Positions 26,344 to 36,328 of a stretch of 39,929 nucleotides of DNA are shown piece after piece (position 1 is the stretch's first letter; each line of letters opens with the position of its first letter). Origin of the DNA: an uncultured Ruminococcus sp. (lineage in GTDB: Bacteria > Bacillota > Clostridia > Oscillospirales > Ruminococcaceae); contig CANPYF010000001.1 in NCBI GenBank assembly GCA_947587925.1, positions 1 through 39,929 of the forward strand. Direction: 5' to 3'. The translations under genes and the position numbers were made by a program. The notes under the pieces were generated by a model that ran no database searches, was not told the origin of the DNA, and saw nothing but the letters and a program-made list of their open reading frames with translations.

Positions 26344-26371
26344 TAGTTAATTAAAAAAATATACGCAAAGC

Positions 26372-26405
26372 AGTATTACGCCCGCATTTTTGCAGGCGTA
26401 ATACT
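26372..26405. terminator. Strong hairpin ending the ECF sigma/anti-sigma operon
   Basis: AGTATTACGCC(c)GCA / TGC(a)GGCGTAATACT inverted repeat. Confidence 0.6.
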
Positions 26406-26437
26406 ATAATTAAGGAGTTATATCAAGAATTTATCGG

Positions 26438-28438
26438 TCAATTATACACTCTTTTCATCACGCACCATTTCCAATCGCCAAGGTCTATAATTATTTCCTC
26501 GTCCTGCGAATACCCTTTGCGGGTCGAAACATAAGCCTCGTTGTGTCCTCCGTTATACTCTATCGTTCCCGAACCGATATATTCTTGTGCGACACCGGTC
26601 AATACCTCTCCGTTAAATTTATATTTCATTCCGTCAAATGTTATCTCTCCAAGCTTATCAAAGATTATTTTTTTATCTTCATCGGTATATTCCCAATAAA
26701 CATCGGCACGGACATCTGTAGGTTTATCAAATTTTTTCAGATTAAGGCTGATCTCGGGCTTATCCTCGGGCTGCTCAACAGGCGTTGAATTCTCGGTTTC
26801 CAAGAAGATCGCTCCCCTCCAATCGCCAAGATCGACGGCTATCTGATCTTCAACAGGCTCGCCTGTACTGTAAAACCACACCTTGGTAACAACTCCGTCA
26901 ACGTTTATCGTTCCCTTTCCCACGGGACGATAAAGACCCACATTGATGCATGATGAGCTGTCCGACCGTCCGCAGAATCTGTATTCTCTTCCGTCAAATA
27001 CAAAGCTTCCGACTGCTGAAAGCTGTGCGAACTTTTCCTCCTCGCTTATAATTCTCGCTATTTCCTCGCGGCTGAATTCACTGCCCTCGGAATAAATCTC
27101 GCTGACGGTTATTATCGCGCTGTTTACCGTGTAAGTTCCCTGCTGTTCTTCCGAAGAGATAGAAATATAGACAGTCACCGTACTGCCGACCGATACCTCT
27201 TCACCCGGTGCTATGCTCTGGTCTATCACTCTTCCCTCTTCTCCTTCGTCCTCTCTGTCCTCGGCGGCACACACAAGTCCGAGATCGCTCAGCGCCGCTT
27301 CGGCTTCTTCCAATGTTAAGCCTTTAAGATCGGGTACGGATACTGTTACGGTATTGCTCTTTTCATATTTTACCGCCGTACCGTCTATAAATTTCAAAAG
27401 CAGGATATCATCAGTTTCTCTGTAGTAGCTGAAATAGATCTGCGAATGTCCCCCGCTGCTGAATCGCATATTCATTATCCCGTAGCCCTCTACCGTATAG
27501 TCGATATTATATTCATCGGGAGCGGGAATGCCTTTAAATTCACCGTCATAAACGCCCTTATAGATATAATTTTCAGAGGAAAATTCAATATACTTCTTAT
27601 TTTCAAGTTCGGAAAGTAAAATTGCTATCGCTTGATCTAATTCATCATTGGCAGTGGCAGGATCAAAAGCCGCCGCGCAGTAGCTTCTGTCAAAGGAGTA
27701 TGACTCCAAAAGGGTCATAGTGCTGTTTTCTATCTTGGTATTTTCATATAAATAATAATTAAAATGATTATCACCAAAAAGACCTTCGCATTTACAAAGC
27801 GCTATTTTTTTATCATCGGAAACCGTTGAAAATCCCGAAACTATCCATTCAAACGACTGCTCGTCCCTGCCGCCGTTCCCGATATAGCAGCCGATATTGG
27901 CAAGCTCTTCGCTGTTATCGCTATATTCGCCCACAAATTCATATTTTATTCCGTCAAATTCTATTTCCTTATTTAATTCAAAAAATTCCTTTTTGAAATT
28001 TTCATCGGCAAACTCATCAGTATCGGAGGATACAGTCTCTTTCACGGGATATATTATATCCTCGGGTTCGCAGCGTTTAAGTTCAAGCTTATATACACAT
28101 CTTTGGGCTTCGTCTGCGCTGTCGACCGATAAAAGTCGGGTACTGCTGTCGGGCAGATCCTGCGTTTGCATTGTCAGCTCGGAATTATTTTTATCTATAT
28201 CCGAAACGATCTTATCGTTTGTCTCAGGCTTATCAAACCTGCTGAAAGCAAGTATCAATGCGGTGCATAACGCCAGACAGGCGGCGGCGGGAACAGCAAA
28301 CATCAGTTTAGAACTGATGGGACTGCGTATTTGCTGCGGCACATTGCTCTCTATCTTATTTATCAATTCTTCTGTAAGCTGCTTATCGGGTCTCATCTGC
28401 TTTCGCATATCAGAAAAAATATTATTCAAAATAATCAC
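26438..28438 (-). CDS. Putative membrane anti-sigma factor with extracellular PASTA domain and repeated uncharacterised domains
   Basis: Overlaps the ECF sigma stop. Short cytoplasmic N-terminus, one TM helix, and PASTA 'VPDLKGLTLEEAEAAL…G.VIDQS..PG..V..GSTVTVYIS'. Confidence 0.75.
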   Translation of the reverse strand: MIILNNIFSDMRKQMRPDKQLTEELINKIESNVPQQIRSPISSKLMFAVPAAACLALCTALILAFSRFDKPETNDKIVSDIDKNNSELTMQTQDLPDSSTRLLSVDSADEAQRCVYKLELKRCEPEDIIYPVKETVSSDTDEFADENFKKEFFELNKEIEFDGIKYEFVGEYSDNSEELANIGCYIGNGGRDEQSFEWIVSGFSTVSDDKKIALCKCEGLFGDNHFNYYLYENTKIENSTMTLLESYSFDRSYCAAAFDPATANDELDQAIAILLSELENKKYIEFSSENYIYKGVYDGEFKGIPAPDEYNIDYTVEGYGIMNMRFSSGGHSQIYFSYYRETDDILLLKFIDGTAVKYEKSNTVTVSVPDLKGLTLEEAEAALSDLGLVCAAEDREDEGEEGRVIDQSIAPGEEVSVGSTVTVYISISSEEQQGTYTVNSAIITVSEIYSEGSEFSREEIARIISEEEKFAQLSAVGSFVFDGREYRFCGRSDSSSCINVGLYRPVGKGTINVDGVVTKVWFYSTGEPVEDQIAVDLGDWRGAIFLETENSTPVEQPEDKPEISLNLKKFDKPTDVRADVYWEYTDEDKKIIFDKLGEITFDGMKYKFNGEVLTGVAQEYIGSGTIEYNGGHNEAYVSTRKGYSQDEEIIIDLGDWKWCVMKRVYN

Positions 28439-28916
28439 TCTCCAATCCTTCCTTCAAACGCTTACGCGCTCTTTCAAGACGTTTTCTGACCGTTGCGGCT
28501 TCTGTTTTTAATGCGGCAGCGATCTCGCTTATCGGCATATTTTCAAAATAATACAGATATATTACCGTGCTGTATTTCGGTTTCAGCGACCTTATCCCGT
28601 TAAGCAAAGCCGTCTGTTCATCATTTTCAAACACGAATATATCGTCAGCCTCGTCGAGCGGTACATTTCTGAGCCGCCACGGACTGTTGTTATGCCTTTT
28701 GCAGACATTCAGGGCAGTTCTTATCAGCCACGCTTTTTCATGTTCGTCACTGTTAAAGGTCATACCCTTGTAAAAATGAAGAAGAAAGACCTCCTGAAAT
28801 ACGTCATCAGCATCGCTTTTGCTTGCAAGCCGTGAAAGAGCGATACCGTACACGGTCTGTTGATATTTTTCTATAGCCGCCGCTGTTTTTTCCTTTTGAG
28901 ATATCTCATTTTTCAT
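28422..28916 (-). CDS. ECF-family RNA polymerase sigma factor
   Basis: 164 aa; region 2 'DADDVFQEVFL…KAWLIRTALN', region 4 'VIYLYYFENM.ISEIA..L…TVRKRL.RARKRLK'. Confidence 0.93.
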   Translation of the reverse strand: MKNEISQKEKTAAAIEKYQQTVYGIALSRLASKSDADDVFQEVFLLHFYKGMTFNSDEHEKAWLIRTALNVCKRHNNSPWRLRNVPLDEADDIFVFENDEQTALLNGIRSLKPKYSTVIYLYYFENMPISEIAAALKTEAATVRKRLERARKRLKEGLESDYFE

Positions 28917-28997
28917 CGGGATAAGCTCACCTCCCCCTTTTACTATAAATCCTTCGGAGGGTATCTTTTTGTGACATGGAATTTGTGAATATTTTGT

Positions 28998-29032
28998 AAA
29001 AAAATTGTCGGAAGCAAATTACCTCCGACAAT
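28998..29032 (-). terminator. Intrinsic terminator of ftsH
   Basis: ATTGTCGGA/TCCGACAAT stem with a U-run on minus. Confidence 0.7.
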
Positions 29033-29044
29033 CTTAAAATGCTT

Positions 29045-31015
29045 TTATTCTTTTTTATCCTTATCGGTATCATCTGACGGACCGTCATTTTTTTCTTCCG
29101 AGATCTTATTGAAAATATCGGTGATCTGAGAGGTAAGTTCGTCTGACGGTTTTTCACTGTCATCATCATCTACCGTGATCCTGCCGTTCATAAGATCGTC
29201 AAAATTCTTAGCGTCTATCTTTTCATGCTTGATAAGATACTGTGCTATAAGCTCAAGCTTATCTCTATGCTGACGCAGCAGATCTTCGCAGTCCTTAAAT
29301 GCCTCTTCGACAATACTGCGTATCTCGGCGTCTATCTCGGCGGCAACATTTTCAGAATAACTCGGCGTTGCGCTGTAATCTCTGCCGAGGAATACCTCAT
29401 GCTCTCCCCTGCCGTAAACGACAGGTCCGAGATTTTCACTAAAGCCGTATCTTGTTACCATGTTTCTTGCCGTAGCTGTAGCGCGTTCGAGGTCGTTTGA
29501 AGCACCCGTTGAAATATCGTCAAGCACGATCTTTTCGGCTACTCTTCCTCCAAGCAGTACGATAATATTTTCATACATTTCACGTTTTGAAACATAAGCC
29601 TTGTCCTTTTCGGGAAGGCTCATGGTGAATCCGCCTGCCTGACCTCTCGGTATTATGGTAACATGATGTACCTTATCCTGTGTTTCGCAGAAATAGGTGC
29701 ATACTGCGTGACCGCCCTCATGATAAGCGGTAAGCCGCTTTTCCTGATCGGTGACTACCCTCGATTTCTTTTCAGGTCCTGCGACGACCTTTATGGCTGC
29801 TTCTTCAAGATCTTCACGGGTTATAGCCTTCTTATCCTTTCTTGCGGCAAGCAGCGACGCTTCGTTTACAAGGTTTTCAAGTTCAGCGCCCGTAAATCCG
29901 ACCGTTGTCTGAGCAATGGTTTTAAGTTCAACATCGGGCGCAAGCGGTTTATTTCTTGTGTGTACCTTTAATATCTCCTCGCGTCCCTTTACATCGGGAT
30001 AGCTGACAAGTATCTGTCTGTCAAATCTTCCCGGACGAAGCAGCGCGGGGTCGAGAATGTCGCTTCTGTTGGTAGCCGCCATAACGATAACGGAATCGTT
30101 ATCCTCAAAACCGTCCATTTCAACAAGCAGCTGGTTGAGCGTCTGTTCGCGTTCATCATGACCGCCGCCGAGTCCTGCGCCGCGCTGTCTTCCGACCGCG
30201 TCTATCTCATCGATAAATATGATCGCAGGAGCGCTTTTCTTAGCCTGATCGAACAGGTCGCGCACTCTTGAAGCTCCGACGCCGACAAACATTTCAACAA
30301 AATCAGAACCTGATATAGAGAAAAAGTCAACGCCCGCCTCGCCTGCTACAGCTCTTGCAAGCAGCGTTTTACCTGTACCAGGAGGACCCATAAGCAGTAC
30401 GCCCTTGGGAACTCTTGCGCCTATATCGTTATATTTCTTATTATTTTTAAGAAAATCTACGATTTCCTGAAGCTCAGCTTTTTCCTCGTCCGCTCCTGCC
30501 ACATCAGCAAAGGTAGCCTTCTTTGAATCGGGGGCTTTTCTTGCGTTGCTGCGTCCGAAACCGCTCATTTTGCCTGCTCCCGCGTTGCGCATCATCCATA
30601 CAAAGAAGAATATCATTACGCCGAGCATCAATATTGTCGGTATCAGATTCAGCCAGAAGCTGTTGTCCGAAATAGGGATAAGGTCGTATTTAAGCGGAGC
30701 GTCAGGATTTTTCGCGTCATATTCTTTGCGGTAATTCTCTCCGTTATCAGGACCTAACACCTCGTTTACGAAAAGGCTGACATTCGGGACGGTATATGTC
30801 TTTTTCTCTTCGGAATCCTTCAGCTTATAAGTCAGCTCGCCGGAATTGAGATCAAAGGTAAATTCCGAGACCTCATATTCATCAAAATACCGCATTATTT
30901 TGGAATATTCGGTCTTATCCTTTTCCTTTCCCATTGAGGAGAGAACATATATCATTCCGCCGATCAGCACAGCCGCAACGAGCAGATATATAATGAACGA
31001 TTTAGAATTTTTCAA
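29045..31015 (-). CDS. ftsH: ATP-dependent zinc metalloprotease FtsH (TTG start)
   Basis: Two TM helices, Walker A 'GPPGTGKT', Walker B 'IIFIDEID', 'RPGRFDR', 'HEGGH'. Confidence 0.98.
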   Translation of the reverse strand: MKNSKSFIIYLLVAAVLIGGMIYVLSSMGKEKDKTEYSKIMRYFDEYEVSEFTFDLNSGELTYKLKDSEEKKTYTVPNVSLFVNEVLGPDNGENYRKEYDAKNPDAPLKYDLIPISDNSFWLNLIPTILMLGVMIFFFVWMMRNAGAGKMSGFGRSNARKAPDSKKATFADVAGADEEKAELQEIVDFLKNNKKYNDIGARVPKGVLLMGPPGTGKTLLARAVAGEAGVDFFSISGSDFVEMFVGVGASRVRDLFDQAKKSAPAIIFIDEIDAVGRQRGAGLGGGHDEREQTLNQLLVEMDGFEDNDSVIVMAATNRSDILDPALLRPGRFDRQILVSYPDVKGREEILKVHTRNKPLAPDVELKTIAQTTVGFTGAELENLVNEASLLAARKDKKAITREDLEEAAIKVVAGPEKKSRVVTDQEKRLTAYHEGGHAVCTYFCETQDKVHHVTIIPRGQAGGFTMSLPEKDKAYVSKREMYENIIVLLGGRVAEKIVLDDISTGASNDLERATATARNMVTRYGFSENLGPVVYGRGEHEVFLGRDYSATPSYSENVAAEIDAEIRSIVEEAFKDCEDLLRQHRDKLELIAQYLIKHEKIDAKNFDDLMNGRITVDDDDSEKPSDELTSQITDIFNKISEEKNDGPSDDTDKDKKE

Positions 31016-31102
31016 TTAAACACTACCTTTCGTTTCCGTAAGGATACGGCGATTTTGGGTATACAAATACATCATTGATTATACCTTTTAATTGTGATAG
31101 AT

Positions 31103-32425
31103 TTATGATATTTTGCAGATTAAAACGGTTTTTGTATTTTTATCGGGCAGCACTCTTTGGGCAAAACCAAATCCCTCGGCATAAAACGGACCTTCGTCAT
31201 CGCTGAGCACTACCGCTTTCAGCCGCTGTTCGGGAGGATACCTGCTCTGGAAAAGCTTTTTGATCGAACAGGTAAAACCTTTATTTGCAAATTTTATCCT
31301 ATCAGAACCGTTTCGCGAACGTATCAAGATATTTCCCTTGACCTTACTTGCGTCAGCGGCGTCCGGAAACCGTTGATTTTCAAGGTATGTAAATGGGATT
31401 TCCTTTACAGTTATGTCTCTATCGTAAAATCTCGCAGGGCTTCCGACAGTTACTGACAAGGTTTGCTGCTTTACGTCATTTTTCTTATCCTTAACGGTCA
31501 GTTTACCGTTTTCGGCTGCCGCATATTTACCGTAACCGAGCGTAAGAGTACCCTTTCCTTTTTTACAAAGTTCCGCTATTCTTAAAACCGTATCCCTTGA
31601 ATATTGAGCGCAGCTGCTTTCAAGCAACTGTTTTATCGCTCTTTTGCATAACGCCGTGTCGGCGTTCAGAAGTATTGAAATATCCAGCGAATTATCGTCA
31701 AGTCTTGCCAGTTCAAACAGTTCGGCACTCAGTTTTTTCAGCAAAGCCGTATCTTCGCGGAAATTTTCCAGACTGCCCTCAAAAGTTTTTTCAAGCGATA
31801 TATTTATATCTCTAAGCGCGGGTATGACAATATGACGTATTTTATTCCTCGAATAATCCGTTGACAGATTCGTAGAATCGGTGACCCAAGAGTATTTTTC
31901 TTCATTAAGAAAATCCTCTATGTCGCACCGCCTCATATTTATAAGCGGACGGATTATCTTTCCGCGTATGGGAGGGATACCCGTAAGACCATCTGTTCCC
32001 GTACCGCGTGCAAGATGAAAAAGCACCGTTTCGATATTGTCGGAAAGCGTATGCGCCGTAGCTGTCTTAGCGCCGTCTGAAACCTCCTCAAAGATCGAAT
32101 AGCGCAGCCTTCTTGCGCCTTCTTCTACCGATACGCCGAGTTTAGCCGAATATTCCGCCGCGTCTACCCTCCTGACAGTCAACTCAACTCCGAGCCTTCG
32201 ACAAAGTCCCGCACAAAAGCGTTCATCTCTGTCGCTTTCTTCACCTCTGAGCATATGATTGACATGACAGGCGGTCACGTCAAATCCCAGTTTTTTTAAA
32301 CTCACCAAAAGAGCAACGCTGTCCGCGCCGCCCGAAAGACAGCACATTATACGGTCGTTTTTATCCGCCATACCAAAGCGTTCGATAGTATCCGCTGTCT
32401 TTTGCAAAAATTCATTACTATTCAT
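31103..32425 (-). CDS. tilS: tRNA(Ile)-lysidine synthetase
   Basis: 'SGGADS', 'HVNH.LRG', 'AH..SD..ET…RGTG', 'RPL', 'D.TN….Y.RN.IR'. Confidence 0.96.
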   Translation of the reverse strand: MNSNEFLQKTADTIERFGMADKNDRIMCCLSGGADSVALLVSLKKLGFDVTACHVNHMLRGEESDRDERFCAGLCRRLGVELTVRRVDAAEYSAKLGVSVEEGARRLRYSIFEEVSDGAKTATAHTLSDNIETVLFHLARGTGTDGLTGIPPIRGKIIRPLINMRRCDIEDFLNEEKYSWVTDSTNLSTDYSRNKIRHIVIPALRDINISLEKTFEGSLENFREDTALLKKLSAELFELARLDDNSLDISILLNADTALCKRAIKQLLESSCAQYSRDTVLRIAELCKKGKGTLTLGYGKYAAAENGKLTVKDKKNDVKQQTLSVTVGSPARFYDRDITVKEIPFTYLENQRFPDAADASKVKGNILIRSRNGSDRIKFANKGFTCSIKKLFQSRYPPEQRLKAVVLSDDEGPFYAEGFGFAQRVLPDKNTKTVLICKIS

Positions 32426-33731
32426 TTCTCATATCCAGTCCGCGGAAAAGCTGAAATTCACCCTGAAATGAAAGCTTGACCGTGCTTGTTTCGCCGTGCC
32501 TGTTTTTGGCAACGATACATTCGGCAATATCCTGCTGATCGACATTTTTATCGTAATAGGCGCTGCGGTATAAAAACATAACAATATCGGCGTCCTGCTC
32601 AATAGAACCCGATTCACGCAGATCTGAAAGTATAGGTCTTTTATCCTCTCGCTTTTCAGAACTTCTTGCCAGCTGTGAAAGCGCTATAACGGGAACGTTA
32701 AGTTCCTTTGCCATAAGTTTCAGCTGTCTTGTTATCTCGGAAACTTCGTTTACACGGCTTGAATGCTTGTTGGGCGATTCCATAAGCTGAAGATAATCTA
32801 TGACAACAAGTCCGAGATTTTTAAGCCGTCTTAACTTTGCTTTCATCTGCGGAACGGTTATCCCCGCTCCGTCATCTACATATATAGGCAACTTAGAAAG
32901 TATATCCGTTGCGCCGACAAGTCTTTCCCATTCGGAGTTTTCAAGTTTTCCCGAACGCAGCAGACTGTTGTCGACCAGTCCGACCGACGAGAGCATTCTT
33001 AACGCAAGCTGTTCCTTTCCCATTTCAAGAGAAAAAAGCGCAACGTCCTTATTGCTGCTTCGGCAGGCGTTTACCGCCATATTAATGGCAAATGCAGATT
33101 TGCCCATGGCGGGACGCGCCGCAAGTACTATAAGATCCGACTTATTAAGACCGTTCGTTATATTATCAAGGCGGTCAAATCCCGATCTTAACGACTGATT
33201 TCTTTGAGCGTTTTCTCCGCTTATCTCCTGCAAATGCTGATAAGCCTCTATTATTACGCTGTCTATCCTTGACAGACCCTTTACTTCGCTTTTACGGATA
33301 TCATATATATCCTGCTCCGCTTTGTCAAGCAGTGCGGAAGAGTTATCAGTACCCTGACTTACCTGTTCTATAATACCCTTGGCGATCTCGACAAGCTGTC
33401 TTATACGGTATTTTTCGATTATCGAATTGCAGTAGCTGTCCAGATTGCCCGAGGTGGATACTCTGTCCATAAGACTGCTCAGATATTCCTGCGCATTAGA
33501 GGTGCTTTCAAAAATGCCCGAGCTTACCGCTTCATTGATAACGGTTATTATATCCTCGGTCCTTGAATCGGAAAACATTCTTACAAGCAGCGCAAAAATA
33601 TCGCGGTGAAGAGGAAGATAAAAGAACTCGGGCTTTATTTTTTCGACCGCATCAGGCAGAACGCCCGGGTCGTACAAGACCATTCCGAGCAGCGCTTGCT
33701 CGGATAAAATATCATTATCGGTCTGCGGCAT
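32418..33731 (-). CDS. dnaB: Replicative DNA helicase (DnaB family; DnaC in Bacillus nomenclature)
   Basis: 'AARPAMGKS', 'FSLEM', 'IDYLQLM', 'LSQL.R', 'DLRESGSIEQDAD', 'KNRHG'. Confidence 0.98.
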   Translation of the reverse strand: MPQTDNDILSEQALLGMVLYDPGVLPDAVEKIKPEFFYLPLHRDIFALLVRMFSDSRTEDIITVINEAVSSGIFESTSNAQEYLSSLMDRVSTSGNLDSYCNSIIEKYRIRQLVEIAKGIIEQVSQGTDNSSALLDKAEQDIYDIRKSEVKGLSRIDSVIIEAYQHLQEISGENAQRNQSLRSGFDRLDNITNGLNKSDLIVLAARPAMGKSAFAINMAVNACRSSNKDVALFSLEMGKEQLALRMLSSVGLVDNSLLRSGKLENSEWERLVGATDILSKLPIYVDDGAGITVPQMKAKLRRLKNLGLVVIDYLQLMESPNKHSSRVNEVSEITRQLKLMAKELNVPVIALSQLARSSEKREDKRPILSDLRESGSIEQDADIVMFLYRSAYYDKNVDQQDIAECIVAKNRHGETSTVKLSFQGEFQLFRGLDMRNE

Positions 33732-33732
33732 A

Positions 33733-34179
33733 TCAACCTTCGACCACCTTTATTTTAATAGAGCAGCTGACGCCCTGAGTCATTTTTATAACGGCTGTAT
33801 AATCGCCGAATGCCTTTATCTCCTCTGAAAGAGATATTTTTTTCTTATCGACCGAAACAGAATACTGTTGAGCGATAGCGTCCGCTACCATTGATGCTTT
33901 GACCGCTCCGAAAAGCTTTCCGCCCTGTCCTGCTTTGGCGGTAACAGTGACCTCTTTTCCTTCGAGCATAGCGGCGGTTTTTTCATTTTCAGCCTTTTCT
34001 GTATCAAGTTTAAACTGTGCGGAAGCCTTTTTTCCTTCAAGCTCGCTCAGGTTTTTCGCAGTTGCTTCCTTGGCAAGACCGTTTTTAAGCAGATAATTTC
34101 TTGCGTATCCGTCTGCCGCGTTGATTATATCTCCCGCTTTTCCGCTTCCCTTTACGTCTTTAATAAGTATGACCTTCAT
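33733..34179 (-). CDS. rplI: 50S ribosomal protein L9
   Basis: 'MKVIL.KDVKG.GK.G…DGYARNYL', 'GKLFGAV'; gdpP-rplI-dnaB synteny. Confidence 0.98.
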   Translation of the reverse strand: MKVILIKDVKGSGKAGDIINAADGYARNYLLKNGLAKEATAKNLSELEGKKASAQFKLDTEKAENEKTAAMLEGKEVTVTAKAGQGGKLFGAVKASMVADAIAQQYSVSVDKKKISLSEEIKAFGDYTAVIKMTQGVSCSIKIKVVEG

Positions 34180-34301
34180 AATAATGTACTCTCCTTTTCG
34201 TCATTTTTGATCCCGTTAGATATTATCGCCGCAGCGGAATATGTTTACTGTACCGCTAATAACATCACATACGGATTTATTGTACAAAAAAACGTACAGT
34301 T

Positions 34302-36269
34302 TTAATTGTTTCGTATATAATCGTCTATAGCCTCGAAAAGTTTCTTTTTTGCCGAAGCCATATCGGTATCGAGCTGACAGGCAGCCATTTCATGATGTCC
34401 GCCGCCGCCAAGCTGCTCCATTATTACCTGAACATTATATCTTCCCAGACTTCTTGCGGAAATATTTATCCTTCCGCCAAGCTCATAAAGCACAAACGAA
34501 GCGTTTACGCCAGTTATTTCAAGCATTTCATCGGCAGCCTTTGAAGCCGCTACCCTGATATTGTCAGCGCTTTTTTCGGCGCAGGCGATCGCACATTTGC
34601 GGTATATCTCCGATGATGTTATTATGTCCGCCTTATTCATATAAGTATCCAACGAATTTGCAAACATCTTTTTGACCGCTATCATGTCCGCTCCAAGTTT
34701 TTTAAGATATGCGGCTGCCTCAAAAGTGCGCACTCCCGTGTTCATAACAAAATTCTTCGTGTCGAGCATTATTCCCGAAAGCAGCGCTTCCGCCGCTAAA
34801 GAGCTGACCTTTGCATTTTCGGGGAAATATTCAAGAAGTTCCGCTACCATTTCGGAAGCTGAGGACGCCGACGGCTCGTGATAGAACAGATCGCTTTTTT
34901 CGATAGATCTCACCATAAGCCTGTGATGATCTATCACCGCTATATGCTTTGCTTTGGCAAAAACCTCTTTTGAATCCACCAGTTCGGGATTATGCGTATC
35001 CGTTATTATCAGCAGAGTTTCATCATCTATCTTTGAAAGCGCGTCCTTGGGCGGCATATAATAATTCTTTATGCTGTTGTCGCTGACATATTTTATAAGC
35101 GTTTTGGAAAGATTATTATCCGGATCCACGACAACATACGATTCCTTGCCCATGCTTTTTACTGCTTCGCAAAGACCGGTAGCCGAACCTATGCTGTCAA
35201 GATCTCCGTAGGAATGTCCCATTATAAGTACGCGCTCTGACGAATTTATAAGCTCTGTCAGCGCACTTGCCATCATACGGGATTTTACTCTTGTATTTTT
35301 GCTCATTCCCTTTGACTGACCGCCGTAAAACTCATAACCGTTTTCGGTCCGCACAGCCGCCTGATCTCCGCCGCGTCCAAGGCACATATCGAGCGCTTGT
35401 TTGGCATATTTTTCACTTTCGGCAAGATCATCGGCTTCATGGCCGACCCCTATGGAAAGCGTAAGATTTCTGCGCTCTCCTATAGAGATCCTGCGCGCTT
35501 TTTCCAGTATCTCAAAGCGTTTATCTATTATAGGCTTCAAAAATCTTTCTTCAAGAATTACATAAAATCTATCGTTGCCCGCTCTTCGGGAAATGCCCGT
35601 CGTACCCTCGGTAAAATTCTCTATCAGACTCTCTATGCTAACAAGTATGTGAGCCTTTTCGCTTTCGCGTATATTTGAGATAAGTTCCTCATAATTGTCG
35701 ATCATGATTATCATAACAGACTGTCTTGACTGACGCATTTCATAATCAAGCTCAACATAGTCCGTTTTGTCAATAAAGCAAAGCATTGACATATCCTCTG
35801 AATGTTCGGTATGTATTGCTCTGACATTATAGAATTTATCCTTATGGCAAACGGTGTCCCCCTCATTGGAATATATCTTGTCCATATCTATTTTAAATAT
35901 ATCCTCAATATTAAGGCCATACGCTTCTTCATCTGTAAAAACGCTTTTTCCGAAAAGTTTGTTATACCATACGATACTTTTTTGTGAATCTATAATTACC
36001 GCAGGTTCGGGGAAATTCAGCAGTGACTCCTTTTCCGTACTGTTCAGCTGCGACGCAGATTTTGCTATATATTTCTGCGTACTGCTGCCGAAAAATATAT
36101 ATTCAAGTATCAGCAGCACTGAACAAACGACCGAGCAGGCAAGCAGCGCACCGCCCTCGCTTTCGGTCGAAGGCGCTCTCATCAGTATACATGAGGAGGC
36201 GAGCGCCGCTGCGGATATTGCTGCCGTTGTGATCTTTATAAGCAGCTGAACGCCTGTTGTCCCTTTCAT
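34302..36269 (-). CDS. gdpP: c-di-AMP phosphodiesterase GdpP (TM-PAS-degenerate GGDEF-DHH/DHHA1)
   Basis: Two N-terminal TMs, 'RGGDQ', 'GH…D.DSIG', 'IDHHR', 'DTKNF', 'SARS', 'GGGH'; upstream of rplI. Confidence 0.93.
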   Translation of the reverse strand: MKGTTGVQLLIKITTAAISAAALASSCILMRAPSTESEGGALLACSVVCSVLLILEYIFFGSSTQKYIAKSASQLNSTEKESLLNFPEPAVIIDSQKSIVWYNKLFGKSVFTDEEAYGLNIEDIFKIDMDKIYSNEGDTVCHKDKFYNVRAIHTEHSEDMSMLCFIDKTDYVELDYEMRQSRQSVMIIMIDNYEELISNIRESEKAHILVSIESLIENFTEGTTGISRRAGNDRFYVILEERFLKPIIDKRFEILEKARRISIGERRNLTLSIGVGHEADDLAESEKYAKQALDMCLGRGGDQAAVRTENGYEFYGGQSKGMSKNTRVKSRMMASALTELINSSERVLIMGHSYGDLDSIGSATGLCEAVKSMGKESYVVVDPDNNLSKTLIKYVSDNSIKNYYMPPKDALSKIDDETLLIITDTHNPELVDSKEVFAKAKHIAVIDHHRLMVRSIEKSDLFYHEPSASSASEMVAELLEYFPENAKVSSLAAEALLSGIMLDTKNFVMNTGVRTFEAAAYLKKLGADMIAVKKMFANSLDTYMNKADIITSSEIYRKCAIACAEKSADNIRVAASKAADEMLEITGVNASFVLYELGGRINISARSLGRYNVQVIMEQLGGGGHHEMAACQLDTDMASAKKKLFEAIDDYIRNN

Positions 36270-36328
36270 TTCGTTTTCGTTCCTTTCTTTTGTTATCCGC
36301 CGATTCGGACAATATATTAGATACAGAC

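Noticed and set aside
31016-31102. Absence of hpt between tilS and ftsH
   Set aside because: This gene order varies among Bacillota and no convincing remnant is visible.
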